From Acidobacteriota bacterium (GTDB lineage: Bacteria; Acidobacteriota; UBA890; WLXD01): a DNA stretch of 64,000 nucleotides. This document shows, piece after piece, positions 41,955 through 50,806 of the stretch. The first letter of the stretch is position 1. The number at the start of each line of letters is the position of its first letter. The notes under the pieces were generated by a model, which saw only the letters and a program-made list of their open reading frames with translations, was not told the origin of the DNA and searched no databases. The stretch lies in the NCBI GenBank assembly GCA_963666215.2, contig CAXWPL010000005.1:1440001-1504000 (forward strand), given 5' to 3'. Made by a program: the position numbers and the translations under genes.

Positions 41955-42020
41955 CAGTAGCCTCCTTCTGCTTTCCTGTTCCGTTTGGGGACTGAGACCT
42001 TGTGTGAACCGTCGTAGGGT

Positions 42021-42752
42021 CTACTGACTCCCACGCTCAATGCTTTCATTGGAAGCCATCGAAGCACCACCTGCCCGGTACCGGGCTTTGCGTTCCTCCG
42101 ACCACTGATCTATCTCGCCCTCGGGTACGCCGTAGGCCAGGCCCCGCTCCACCGCAGGCCTGGCCCGCACCCGGTCCACCCAGGCCACCACGTTGGCGTG
42201 ACCGGTGATATCGACCTTGCTCCACTTCCAGCCCCGTATCCAGGGGTAGCTGGCGATGTCGGCAATGGTGAAGTCATCACCGCAGATCCAGGACTGTCCC
42301 TGTAATTGTTTTTCCAGTAGGCGCAACAAGCGTTGGGCTTCATTGCCGAAACGTTCCAACGGGTGGGATTTGCGCTCCGCATCGATGTCATCCATATAGC
42401 GCGTGTAACTCAGCTTGTTGCCAAAGGTCGGCCCCACATTGGCGGCCTGCCAGAACAGCCAGGGCAGCACCTCCCAGCGCTCCTCGCCCAGGGGTAACAA
42501 AGAAGACGGGTATTTTTCCGCCAGGTAGAGCATCACGGCGCAGCTCTCCATGATGTGCCTGTCACCGTCAACCAGGGCGGGAATCTTCTGATTCGGGTTT
42601 ATGGCGGTGAATTCATCGTTAAACTGCTCACCGGCCATCAGGTCTACGGTATGCACCTCGAAGGCCGGAACATCCAACCCCGCCTCGATGAGTTCCTCCA
42701 ACATGATGGTTACCTTCCAACCGTTGGGTGTCGCCGCGGTCCACACTTCCAT
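42021..42752 (-). CDS. Glutathione S-transferase (YfcG/YghU-like)
   Basis: TPNGWKV..LEE, NPNQKIPAL, ES, FTIADI. Confidence 0.9.
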   Translation of the reverse strand: MEVWTAATPNGWKVTIMLEELIEAGLDVPAFEVHTVDLMAGEQFNDEFTAINPNQKIPALVDGDRHIMESCAVMLYLAEKYPSSLLPLGEERWEVLPWLFWQAANVGPTFGNKLSYTRYMDDIDAERKSHPLERFGNEAQRLLRLLEKQLQGQSWICGDDFTIADIASYPWIRGWKWSKVDITGHANVVAWVDRVRARPAVERGLAYGVPEGEIDQWSEERKARYRAGGASMASNESIERGSQ

Positions 42753-42811
42753 GCTAATTACACTACCTCATCAAAATACTGATTGCTTAGAAACGCACCG
42801 CTGTTGTGCCC

Positions 42812-42977
42812 CTAGACCAGCGTTTCCGAAGTTCGAGTCGCATAGCTCGAGGTCATTCTGTACGGAGGCAAGGCGCGCCGACGCAGGCATATTGGGAATC
42901 TGTCGAGGAGGTGCAACGCTGCCAGCGGGCAGAAGGGGCCGAGATAGGTGGCGCGAACTTTGGAAACGCTGGTCTAG
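42812..42977 (+). mobile_element. 166-bp MITE A
   Basis: TIRs CTAGACCAGCGTTTCCGAAGTTCG / CGAACTTTGGAAACGCTGGTCTAG. Confidence 0.85.
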
Positions 42978-43130
42978 TGCAAGGCCGAAATGAAGATCGT
43001 GGCGTTGGTGGTGGAGGAGTCCTCGCTGCGCCGGTTGCTGGGTGGTCTCGAGGTGGGGCCTCAGGAGGCCATCTCGTTGTCGCGGGCGCCTCCGGGGGGA
43101 GGGGAGCTGCACTACGAGGTCATCGAGACT
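42978..43130 (+). pseudogene. C-terminal fragment of a second, divergent IS91-like transposase
   Basis: CKAEMKIVALV..SSLRRLL..RAPP resembles CGGEVRIVAFV..SSIRRLL..HSPP at 3195-3340. Confidence 0.6.
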
Positions 43131-43170
43131 CGCCAGCAGCCGAGGCCTGTGGGAGGATCCGGGGACGCAG

Positions 43171-43336
43171 CTAGTGCAGTGTCTCCGACATGGCTTACCA
43201 ATATCTCGGCCTCTTTTGCCCGCTGCCGTCGTCGCGACTCGTCGACATATTCCCAATATGCCTGCCTCGTCGCTCCTTGACAGCGAACAAAATGACCTCG
43301 AGCTCTTGGCAAGCCATGTCGGAGACACAACACTAG
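43171..43336 (-). mobile_element. 166-bp MITE B
   Basis: TIRs CTAGTGCAGTGTCTCCGACATGGCTT / AAGCCATGTCGGAGACACAACACTAG; core homologous to MITE A in reverse orientation. Confidence 0.85.
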
Positions 43337-43368
43337 GAGCGCAGGCGCTCCAGGAGGGAGGACGGCCA

Positions 43369-44433
43369 ATGGAAGTCTGGTATCTCGGTGTGGCGAGGCC
43401 GCGGGGTGGCGCCGCTGATGCGAGGCGCCTCGAGGAGAAGGGCTGGAGCGGATTCGCGATGGTGGATTCGCAGAACCTCTCCGGCGACGTCTACGTCGCG
43501 CTGGCCATGGCGGCGAACGCGACCGCACGCATCGGCCTGGGACCCGGAGTCACCAACCCGGTCACGCGGCAGGCCGCGACGACGGCGGGCGCCATCGCCA
43601 GTGTGCAACGGGTCGCCGACGGGCGCGCCGTCATGGCGATCGGCCGAGGTGATTCGGCGTTGGCCCACTTGGGTCGCTCACCGGCCCGTCTCGGTGCCTT
43701 CGAGAACTACGTTCGCAACCTACGTCGCTACCTTGCGGGCGAGGCCGTGCCTTTCGACGAAGTAGAGATGAGCACCGACGCGGCGGCGCCGCTCGACGAG
43801 CTGGGGCTGGCGGGGGCGCCGCGGACGAGCCGCATCGCGTGGATCGCCGACGTGCCGCGGGTGCCCCTCGAAGTTGCCGCCACCGGTCCGCGGGTGATCG
43901 GCATCGCGGCGCGCCACGCGGACAGGGTGATGTTCTCGCTCGGCGCCGACGCGGACCGCCTCGCCTGGGGCATCGAGGTCGCGCATCAAGCCCGACGAGA
44001 CGCGGGCCTCGACCCTGACGGAGTCAGCTTTGGTGCCTACCTGAGCTGCGCCACCCATCCCTCGCTCGATGTCGCCCGCGAGATGGTCCGAGGTGGTGTC
44101 ACCACCCACGCTCGCTTCTCCGTGATGCACGGGCAGGTCGCGGGTCCGGTCTCGGAAGAGGAGCGGAAGGTCTTCGCCGACGTGCATGACCACTACGACA
44201 TGAGGGCCCACACCCGCTCGGACTCCCCGCAGGCGGCGTTCGTCACGCCGGAGTTCATCGATCGCTTCGCCATCCTCGGCTCCCCGGATCAGTGCATCGC
44301 TCGCTTCAGAGGGCTCGCCGAGATCGGCATCTCGAAGTTCGTGGTGTCGGGGGTCGACCGCGGAGCGGATGGGAGCGAGGCCAGGGCCTTGCTGGAGAAG
44401 GAGGTCCTACCGTCGTTGGTCGGCGCCGAATAG
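43369..44433 (+). CDS. LLM-class flavin-dependent oxidoreductase (Mer-like)
   Basis: DSQNL.GD, GVTNPVTR, IGRGDSA, AATGP. Confidence 0.88.
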   Translation: MEVWYLGVARPRGGAADARRLEEKGWSGFAMVDSQNLSGDVYVALAMAANATARIGLGPGVTNPVTRQAATTAGAIASVQRVADGRAVMAIGRGDSALAHLGRSPARLGAFENYVRNLRRYLAGEAVPFDEVEMSTDAAAPLDELGLAGAPRTSRIAWIADVPRVPLEVAATGPRVIGIAARHADRVMFSLGADADRLAWGIEVAHQARRDAGLDPDGVSFGAYLSCATHPSLDVAREMVRGGVTTHARFSVMHGQVAGPVSEEERKVFADVHDHYDMRAHTRSDSPQAAFVTPEFIDRFAILGSPDQCIARFRGLAEIGISKFVVSGVDRGADGSEARALLEKEVLPSLVGAE

Positions 44434-44831
44434 TTGGAGGAAGCCTTTCCGAAGGGCTACTCGCCACGGACAGCGAGAGCCGGCGACAGTAGGTCTCTCA
44501 GCCTGTTCCTTGCCTGAGAACAATCCCGAGGAGTGGACAACACAGACTCGCTGCCTGCTAGAGGGGTTTGCTGAGGAAGGCGGCGAGGAGTAGGGTGTGT
44601 CCCTCCCCCTTTGCGCGTTCATGAGGGATCTTCACCTGGGAAGTGTGCCGACGGGAAAAGGGGACAGATGATGCCAGCACCGACGATAGTTTCGCGCGGC
44701 TTAAGAGCCGCGCTGGAGCACCTACGACGCCGCCGCGCTCGGCGTCGAGCTCCCGGCGGGGGTGCCACCGACGATACAGGAGCGAGCGTTTACGTCGCCG
44801 ATCTGGTATCAGCCCGATTGATCTTCGACCG

Positions 44832-45681
44832 GTGGAGTCGACGGCGGGCGCGGTGGCTGTAGGTCAGGCCCATCTGTTTCTCGCCCTTTCGGTTGCGAGT
44901 GCCTCACTGTCCTGGCCTTGGCTCCGTTTCCCGCCGCCTCTCATCGAACCGTGCTTGCGGTTTTCCCGCACACGGCTCCCGGACTGGCTTCACGACAAGG
45001 CATTCGCGAGTCGATCCCCTCGACCCGATCTAGCCGGGCGGCTCCTTGCGATCGGAGCTTGTACCGTCCTCTCGCTTGGCCTTGTCACAGAGCTTCTTCC
45101 GGAGTCGTTTGACTCATTCGGGTTCCTAGACTTGCGTCAATCCCGGTCTCCTTCTCCTTCCAAAGCGCACCAGAACTAGGGCTCCTTCCCTCCACCGGAG
45201 TTACCCGGCTTCATCAGTACTTCGAGCCCCTCCGACTCCCACCCCGGCCCGAGAACGGCCTTTTACGCCTTCCCGGTTGGCGGTCGCAACCCGCCACCGA
45301 CGTGGGTCTCACACGTTGCCTCAAAGACCTTCGGTACATGCCACCCCCACTACCCCGGCTGGATTCGACGGATTCAACGATCGGTTGCTCCTCCGCCGAG
45401 CGGCGGCCTTCCCCTTATGGCAGGAGGGTCGGCTCCAACGAGAAACTTTCGGGGCCTTCTCAGGGTTCACTCACGTTGCGGCCTGCACCTTTGCCCTCTG
45501 GACTTAATCCAGATGTTCCGGAGGCTTCAGCCGGACGGTCACCCGAATCGACTGCTCCGGCGGCTACCGGGGTGTACCGACAACTCCCCGGGCGGGACTT
45601 TCACCCGCCGGCCTTCGAGACCCAGAGGTCTCCTATCTCTGTCTTTCGATCAGGTCATCAGATTCCTCCTTCGTGTCGCAC
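44832..45681 (-). ncRNA. ORF-less group II intron derivative (850 nt)
   Basis: GTGCG start, GACTCCAC end, domains I-III and V-VI homologous to 5876-7910; RT ORF deleted. Confidence 0.9.
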
Positions 45682-45744
45682 TACCACCCGAATATCCCAA
45701 AGACTCGGCGCTGATCCGACGGTCTGGCCGTAGCGCGCCTGCAT

Positions 45745-46791
45745 CTACAGCGCCTTCCTGACAGCTTCGCAGACGGCTTCCGTCGATGCCTTGCCACCTT
45801 GATCAGGCGTCAGAACAGAACCGCTGGCATAGACCTCGGCGATGGCGGTACGCAGACGTTCGGCTGGCTCCACCATGTCCAGATAGTCGAGCATCATCGC
45901 GGCGGTCAGCAGATTCGCCGTCGGATTGATGATATGCTGACCGGCTATGTCCGGCGCGGTGCCGTGCGCTGTCTCGAAATAGGCGTAGTCCGCACCATAG
46001 CAGCCACTGGCAGCCAGACCGAGCCCGCCCACCAGGCCCGCCGCGGCATCGGACAGAATGTCTCCATAAAGGTTGGGCATCACCACCACATCGAATCGCT
46101 GTGGTTCCCGAACGAGCCGGCAGGCGAAGTCGTCGACGATGAAAGTCTCCAGCGCAACGTCCGGGTAGTCTGCAGCCAAGGCAAGCGCCACGTCGCGAAA
46201 CAAGCCGTCGGACTGGGGCAGCATGTTGTATTTGGAGGTGACCGTGAGCCGACGCTGACGCTGCATGGCAAGCTCGAAAGCGAAGCGGATCACCCGCTCG
46301 CTGCCGGCTTCGGTGATCGCTTTGATCGCATACTTGCCAGGACCCAGATCTTTTACGGATTTCCGTATGGTCACGCCCACCGGCGCGGGTTCCGCCAGCG
46401 ATTCGAGATCTCCCTCGGCTCGCACGTAGAGATCTTCCAGATTCTCACGGACGATGAGAAAATCTATCCCCTCCGGCTCCGCCAGCGGCGATCGGGCGCC
46501 GGGCAGATACACAGCGGGTCGGACGTTGGCGAAGGTGCCTTTTCCCCAGCGCAGATAGAACAGCGAAGCACCCGAGCTGCCACTGGTCGCACCGAAGAAG
46601 GTCGTATCGGCGTCATCGATGAGCGCCTTGCTCTCAGCCGGAAAGGGTGAGCCGGAAGCCTGCTGTGCCGCCTCGCCCACCAGGGGATACGTCCACTCGA
46701 TCCCGAGCCTCAGACTGTCGAGCAACCCGATGGTCGGTTGCACCGCCTCGGGCGAAGCGTCGTCTCCCTCGATCACGGCTACCCGGGTCAT
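45745..46791 (-). CDS. Isocitrate/isopropylmalate dehydrogenase family protein
   Basis: FANVRP, VRENLED.Y, NLYGDILSD, HGTAPDIAG. Confidence 0.88.
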   Translation of the reverse strand: MTRVAVIEGDDASPEAVQPTIGLLDSLRLGIEWTYPLVGEAAQQASGSPFPAESKALIDDADTTFFGATSGSSGASLFYLRWGKGTFANVRPAVYLPGARSPLAEPEGIDFLIVRENLEDLYVRAEGDLESLAEPAPVGVTIRKSVKDLGPGKYAIKAITEAGSERVIRFAFELAMQRQRRLTVTSKYNMLPQSDGLFRDVALALAADYPDVALETFIVDDFACRLVREPQRFDVVVMPNLYGDILSDAAAGLVGGLGLAASGCYGADYAYFETAHGTAPDIAGQHIINPTANLLTAAMMLDYLDMVEPAERLRTAIAEVYASGSVLTPDQGGKASTEAVCEAVRKAL

Positions 46792-47396
46792 AAGTCGTAC
46801 ACCCACGGTCGCGAACGCCGGTCGGCGCTCTGAAAATCCGCAATCTCCGACTCATGGGACAGGGTCAGCGCGATCGTGTCCAGACCCTCGAGCAGGCAGC
46901 GTTTTTTCAACGGATTCACCTCGAAAGAAATGAGCTCGTCGCCCCAGCTCAGTGTTTCAGCCGCCAGGTCAACCTGCACTTCCACCGTGGTCTCGACCAG
47001 GCGCTCAAACACACTCTGCTCGACCACAACGGGCAGCAATCCGAGCTGAAAGCAGTTGTTGAAGAAGATGTCGCCGAAGCTGGTACCGATCAGAGCACGA
47101 AAGCCGAGATCGTGCAGTGCCCGCGGCGCGCTTTCGCGGGAACTGCCACAACCGAAGTTTTGGCCGGTGAGCATGATGGCGCAGTCGGCGTAGGCAGGCT
47201 CATTCAGGGGAAAGTCCGGCAAGGGCGTGCCGCTGTCCGCGTCGCCCGTGTCATAACGCCAGGCTTCAAAGGCGTAATCGGCCAGCGGCCGGGCGTTGCG
47301 ACCGGTGAGCCGCCGCATGGGAGTGATGATGTCGGTGTCCACGTTTGCCGCCAGCAGCGGAAGCGGCCTGCAGCACAGCACCTCGAACCTGTCCAT
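46788..47396 (-). CDS. leuD: 3-isopropylmalate dehydratase-like small subunit
   Basis: NVDTDII, NFGCGSSRE.A, SFGDIFFNN. Confidence 0.88.
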   Translation of the reverse strand: MDRFEVLCCRPLPLLAANVDTDIITPMRRLTGRNARPLADYAFEAWRYDTGDADSGTPLPDFPLNEPAYADCAIMLTGQNFGCGSSRESAPRALHDLGFRALIGTSFGDIFFNNCFQLGLLPVVVEQSVFERLVETTVEVQVDLAAETLSWGDELISFEVNPLKKRCLLEGLDTIALTLSHESEIADFQSADRRSRPWVYDL

Positions 47397-48796
47397 CAAT
47401 CCCACTCCCTGACATCGACGATGGCACCGGCAATGGCCGAGGCTGCCACAGTCACGGGGCTCGCCAGATGGGTCCGCGCTCGCGGCCCCTGACGCCCGAC
47501 GAAATTTCGATTCGAGGTGGAAAGGCAACGCTTACCCGGCGGCACATACTCACCGTTGCTGGCGACACAGCGGGAACAACCCGGCTCCCGCCATTCGAAG
47601 CCGGCCTCGAGAAAGATCCGGTGCAGGCCCAGCAGCTCTGCCTCACGCTTGACCCTTTCACTGCCCGGAACGACCCAGGCCACCACGCCTTGCGCCACCC
47701 GTCTACCTGCAACGACTTTCGCCGCGGCCTGCAGATCGGAAAGCCGGCTGTTGGTGCAGGATCCGACGAATACGTAATCGACAGGCAGCCCACAGAGCGG
47801 CTGGCCTGGCTTTAGACCCATGTAGTCGAGGGCAGCCCGCACACCGCTTACGTCAGCACCGCCGCGATAGACCAGGGGATCCGGCACAACATCCGACACC
47901 GCTCCGCCATGCATCGGGCTCGTCCCCCAGGTCACCTGCGGCGCTATGGAATCCGCAGCGATGCTGACTTCGCGATCGAATTCAGCGGAGGCGTCACCGG
48001 GTAGGGTCTGCCAGAACCGGACGGCCGCATCCCAGGCCGCCTCTTTGGGAACGTAGCGGCGTCCGTGCAGGTATTCGAAAGTCGTCGAATCCGGCGCCAC
48101 CTGGCCGATCTTCGCTCCGAGCTCGACGGACAGGTTGCACAGCGTCATCCGTTCCTCGACGCTCATTGCGCGTACCGTTTCTCCGGCATATTCCATGGCA
48201 TGTCCGACGCCCAGTTCCACACCCTCCGTCGCGATCAGATGCAGGATCAGATCCTTGGCGTGCACCCCCTTCGGCAGCCGCCCGCTGAACGTTACCCTCA
48301 GCTGCTTCGGTTTGCGTTCGATGATGGTCTGGGTGGCAAGCACGTGGTTGAGCTCGCTGCTGCCGATGCCCCAGGCAAGCGCCCCAAGCGCGCCGTGGGT
48401 ACAGGTGTGGCTATCGCCGCAGACGATGGAAAGTCCCGGGAGGGTCAGACCGAGTTCGGGACCGATCACATGCACGATGCCCTGCTCCGCGCTGCCGAGA
48501 TCGAAAAGTGCTATTCCGGACTCGCCGCACTCCTTACGCAGCATGGGAATGAGACGGCTGCCCGACGGCGTGCTGGCGTCATCCCGGTCAGCCTGGGTTG
48601 ACACGCAGTGATCGGGCGTCGCGAAGCAGAGCTCGGGATTGCGAACCGGAAACCCTCGCCGGCGCAGGGTTCGCAGTGACGGCGGGCCGGAGAGATCGTG
48701 CAGCAGATGACGATCGATGTGCAGCAACTGATAGTCACCACCGAGATCGGTGATGACGTGTGCATCCCAGCATTTGTCCAGCAGCGTTTTCCCCAT
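47396..48796 (-). CDS. leuC: 3-isopropylmalate dehydratase-like large subunit
   Basis: CGDSHTCTHGA, GSCTNSR, PGCSRC, STSNRNF.GRQG. Confidence 0.9.
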   Translation of the reverse strand: MGKTLLDKCWDAHVITDLGGDYQLLHIDRHLLHDLSGPPSLRTLRRRGFPVRNPELCFATPDHCVSTQADRDDASTPSGSRLIPMLRKECGESGIALFDLGSAEQGIVHVIGPELGLTLPGLSIVCGDSHTCTHGALGALAWGIGSSELNHVLATQTIIERKPKQLRVTFSGRLPKGVHAKDLILHLIATEGVELGVGHAMEYAGETVRAMSVEERMTLCNLSVELGAKIGQVAPDSTTFEYLHGRRYVPKEAAWDAAVRFWQTLPGDASAEFDREVSIAADSIAPQVTWGTSPMHGGAVSDVVPDPLVYRGGADVSGVRAALDYMGLKPGQPLCGLPVDYVFVGSCTNSRLSDLQAAAKVVAGRRVAQGVVAWVVPGSERVKREAELLGLHRIFLEAGFEWREPGCSRCVASNGEYVPPGKRCLSTSNRNFVGRQGPRARTHLASPVTVAASAIAGAIVDVREWD

Positions 48797-48812
48797 GCCC
48801 TGCATGGTAGCC

Positions 48813-48852
48813 CTAGCTTTCGAAAATGATGAATATCATTTCCAAAAGCTAG
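48813..48852. promoter_or_regulatory. 40-bp AT-rich CTAG-bounded palindrome upstream of leuC (operator or MITE remnant)
   Basis: CTAGCTTTCGAAAATGAT-GAAT-ATCATTTCCAAAAGCTAG. Confidence 0.5.
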
Positions 48853-49006
48853 TTGTCTTCTGGCGCCGAGGACGGCGCACTTGGGGGTTGCTTCCTATTC
48901 GCTCCGGGAAGCGTTGTCACCTCCTGCCGCCGACCTGCGAGGATCTTGCTCATCTCGATCACACGAATTCCGTCGTAGGGCAGCTGGCTCATCTCAATGC
49001 GTTCTC

Positions 49007-49987
49007 CTACCGCACCGGTCCAGGATTGCCAGCGATGAAGTCCACGATGATGCGAGCCAACTGCGCGCCGTGGGATTCCTGAATGAAGTGGCCGGCGCCT
49101 TCGACGATCAGGTGTCCCTGGTCCTGAGCCCCTGGAACCTCGCGCTGGAACTTCTCGTCCTGACCGCCTGTGACGGGATCACTGTCTCCGAAGGCCGTCA
49201 AGAACGGCTTATCCCACTTCTTGAACACCTCCCAGGCGGCGAGGTTGGCCTCGCGAGCCGGGTCGTCCAAAGTAACCGGAACCCGCTGCGGCATGATGAG
49301 AGGCCCCGCTTTGTAGCGGGGATCGGGGAAAGGCGCATCGTACGCTGCCTGCAAGGAAGGATCGCCGTTGCTCCGCGCCAGCATCATGCCGGTCGGGATG
49401 TCGCCGCGGTCGATCATGCCCTGATTCACCCCTTTCCAGTTCATGAAGGCCTCGGAGAGCTGGTCCTCGCCGGTCGGCAGGGCGGTATTGGAGATCACCA
49501 CCCGAGCGAAGCGATCCGCTCTCTCGGCCACCACGCGTAGGCCGATCAGACCACCCCAGTCCTGGCCGAAGAAGGTGACGCCGCGTAGGTCGAGCGCCTC
49601 GACCAGCTGCTTCATGACGTCGACGTGGAACTCGTAGGTGTGGACCTCCATCTCGGCCGGCTTGTCGGAGCGTCCAAAGCCGACCAGGTCCGGCACGATC
49701 ACCCGATGACCCGCGGCCGTCAAGACCGGAATCATCTTGCGAAACAGGTAGGCCCAGGTCGGCTCGCCGTGGATCAGCAGAATCGCCTCACCGTCCCTCG
49801 GTCCCTCGTCCAGGTAGTGGACTCTGTAGCCTTCGATCTCCTGATAGCGCGGCTCGAAGGCGAAACCGGGAAGATTCTGAAAACGATCGTCCGATGTCCG
49901 AAAGACTCCCGGCCGGATTTCCTCACCACCGACAGCCGCGGCCGCCAGCGCGACCGATGCGAACACACCGACAATGTTGCTATTCAT
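49007..49987 (-). CDS. Haloalkane dehalogenase
   Basis: HGEPTW, GFGRSDKP, QDWGG, YDAPFP, D.V, GHFIQE. Confidence 0.9.
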   Translation of the reverse strand: MNSNIVGVFASVALAAAAVGGEEIRPGVFRTSDDRFQNLPGFAFEPRYQEIEGYRVHYLDEGPRDGEAILLIHGEPTWAYLFRKMIPVLTAAGHRVIVPDLVGFGRSDKPAEMEVHTYEFHVDVMKQLVEALDLRGVTFFGQDWGGLIGLRVVAERADRFARVVISNTALPTGEDQLSEAFMNWKGVNQGMIDRGDIPTGMMLARSNGDPSLQAAYDAPFPDPRYKAGPLIMPQRVPVTLDDPAREANLAAWEVFKKWDKPFLTAFGDSDPVTGGQDEKFQREVPGAQDQGHLIVEGAGHFIQESHGAQLARIIVDFIAGNPGPVR

Positions 49988-50169
49988 CTGATTTGCCCTC
50001 CAACGAGCGCCCTTGAATAGGCGCAAGTCTATCGCTCGCCGCCAGCAGCCCGGTTCGCGGTGTCGTCTTCCACCCAGAAAGACGACAAAACCGCTCAGCG
50101 AGGACCTATGCAGTTCCAGCTATTGGTGTCGTGGTCCGCCAGTAAAGGCGACACGCAGGCTCACCACTT

Positions 50170-50370
50170 CGAACGTGTATTCCGCCGCCGGCGCGTCGCG
50201 GTTCCACAGATCGATGTAGATCTTCCAGCCGTCCGGTGTGCTGCGTAGCACGTTGATCCACTTGCCGACCTCGTCGCGGACTTCGCCCGTTTCCTTGTTC
50301 GTCGCGCTGTCGGTCCAGGTGTCCCACGAATACGCCCAGTCGCCCTCGACCTCGATACCGCGCATCACGC
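50170..50370 (-). pseudogene. DUF4440/SnoaL-like fragment
   Basis: VEGDWAY..GKWINVLR..DGWKI. Confidence 0.5.
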
Positions 50371-50449
50371 CGGCGCCGTTCGGGGTCTGGGCCGCAAACA
50401 GGAGGCTCAGCGCGTAGTCGCGCCGGCGCGAGCCCTGTACTCATCCGGT

Positions 50450-50630
50450 GTAGTGCCAAATGGCCAGCAACGCGAACAGCGTGCTCAATAGGTCCTTGCG
50501 GCTCGCCACCCAGGCCACGGACTCCACGTGCAGCGGGTGAACGGCGAAGAGCGCGGCCACCAGCGCGCTGCGCTGCAGCGAGCCGGTCATGCGGCGCAGC
50601 AGCGCGAAGAGCAGGAGACTGTTTTCCAGG
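50450..50630 (-). pseudogene. Fragment of TMTC-like membrane glycosyltransferase/TPR protein
   Basis: AALFAVHPLHVESVAWVASRKDLL. Confidence 0.6.
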
Positions 50631-50806
50631 TGGAGCAGAAGGCCGCGCTGGCCTTCTTCCCGCCGCCGATCTACTGCCGTTGGATCGCCCAGCGAGGCGC
50701 GCTAGCTCGATCGCGATAGAACCTGGCTGCGTTTCGTCAAGCGTCGCGAGTCCGCTGGAAAATCGTCTCGACGATGCAATGCCCGGCGATTCTCCCAGAG
50801 GATGAC

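Noticed and set aside
48820-48842. Fur box upstream of leuC
   Set aside because: Spacing does not fit the 7-1-7 TGATAAT-N-ATTATCA consensus; kept only as a generic palindrome.
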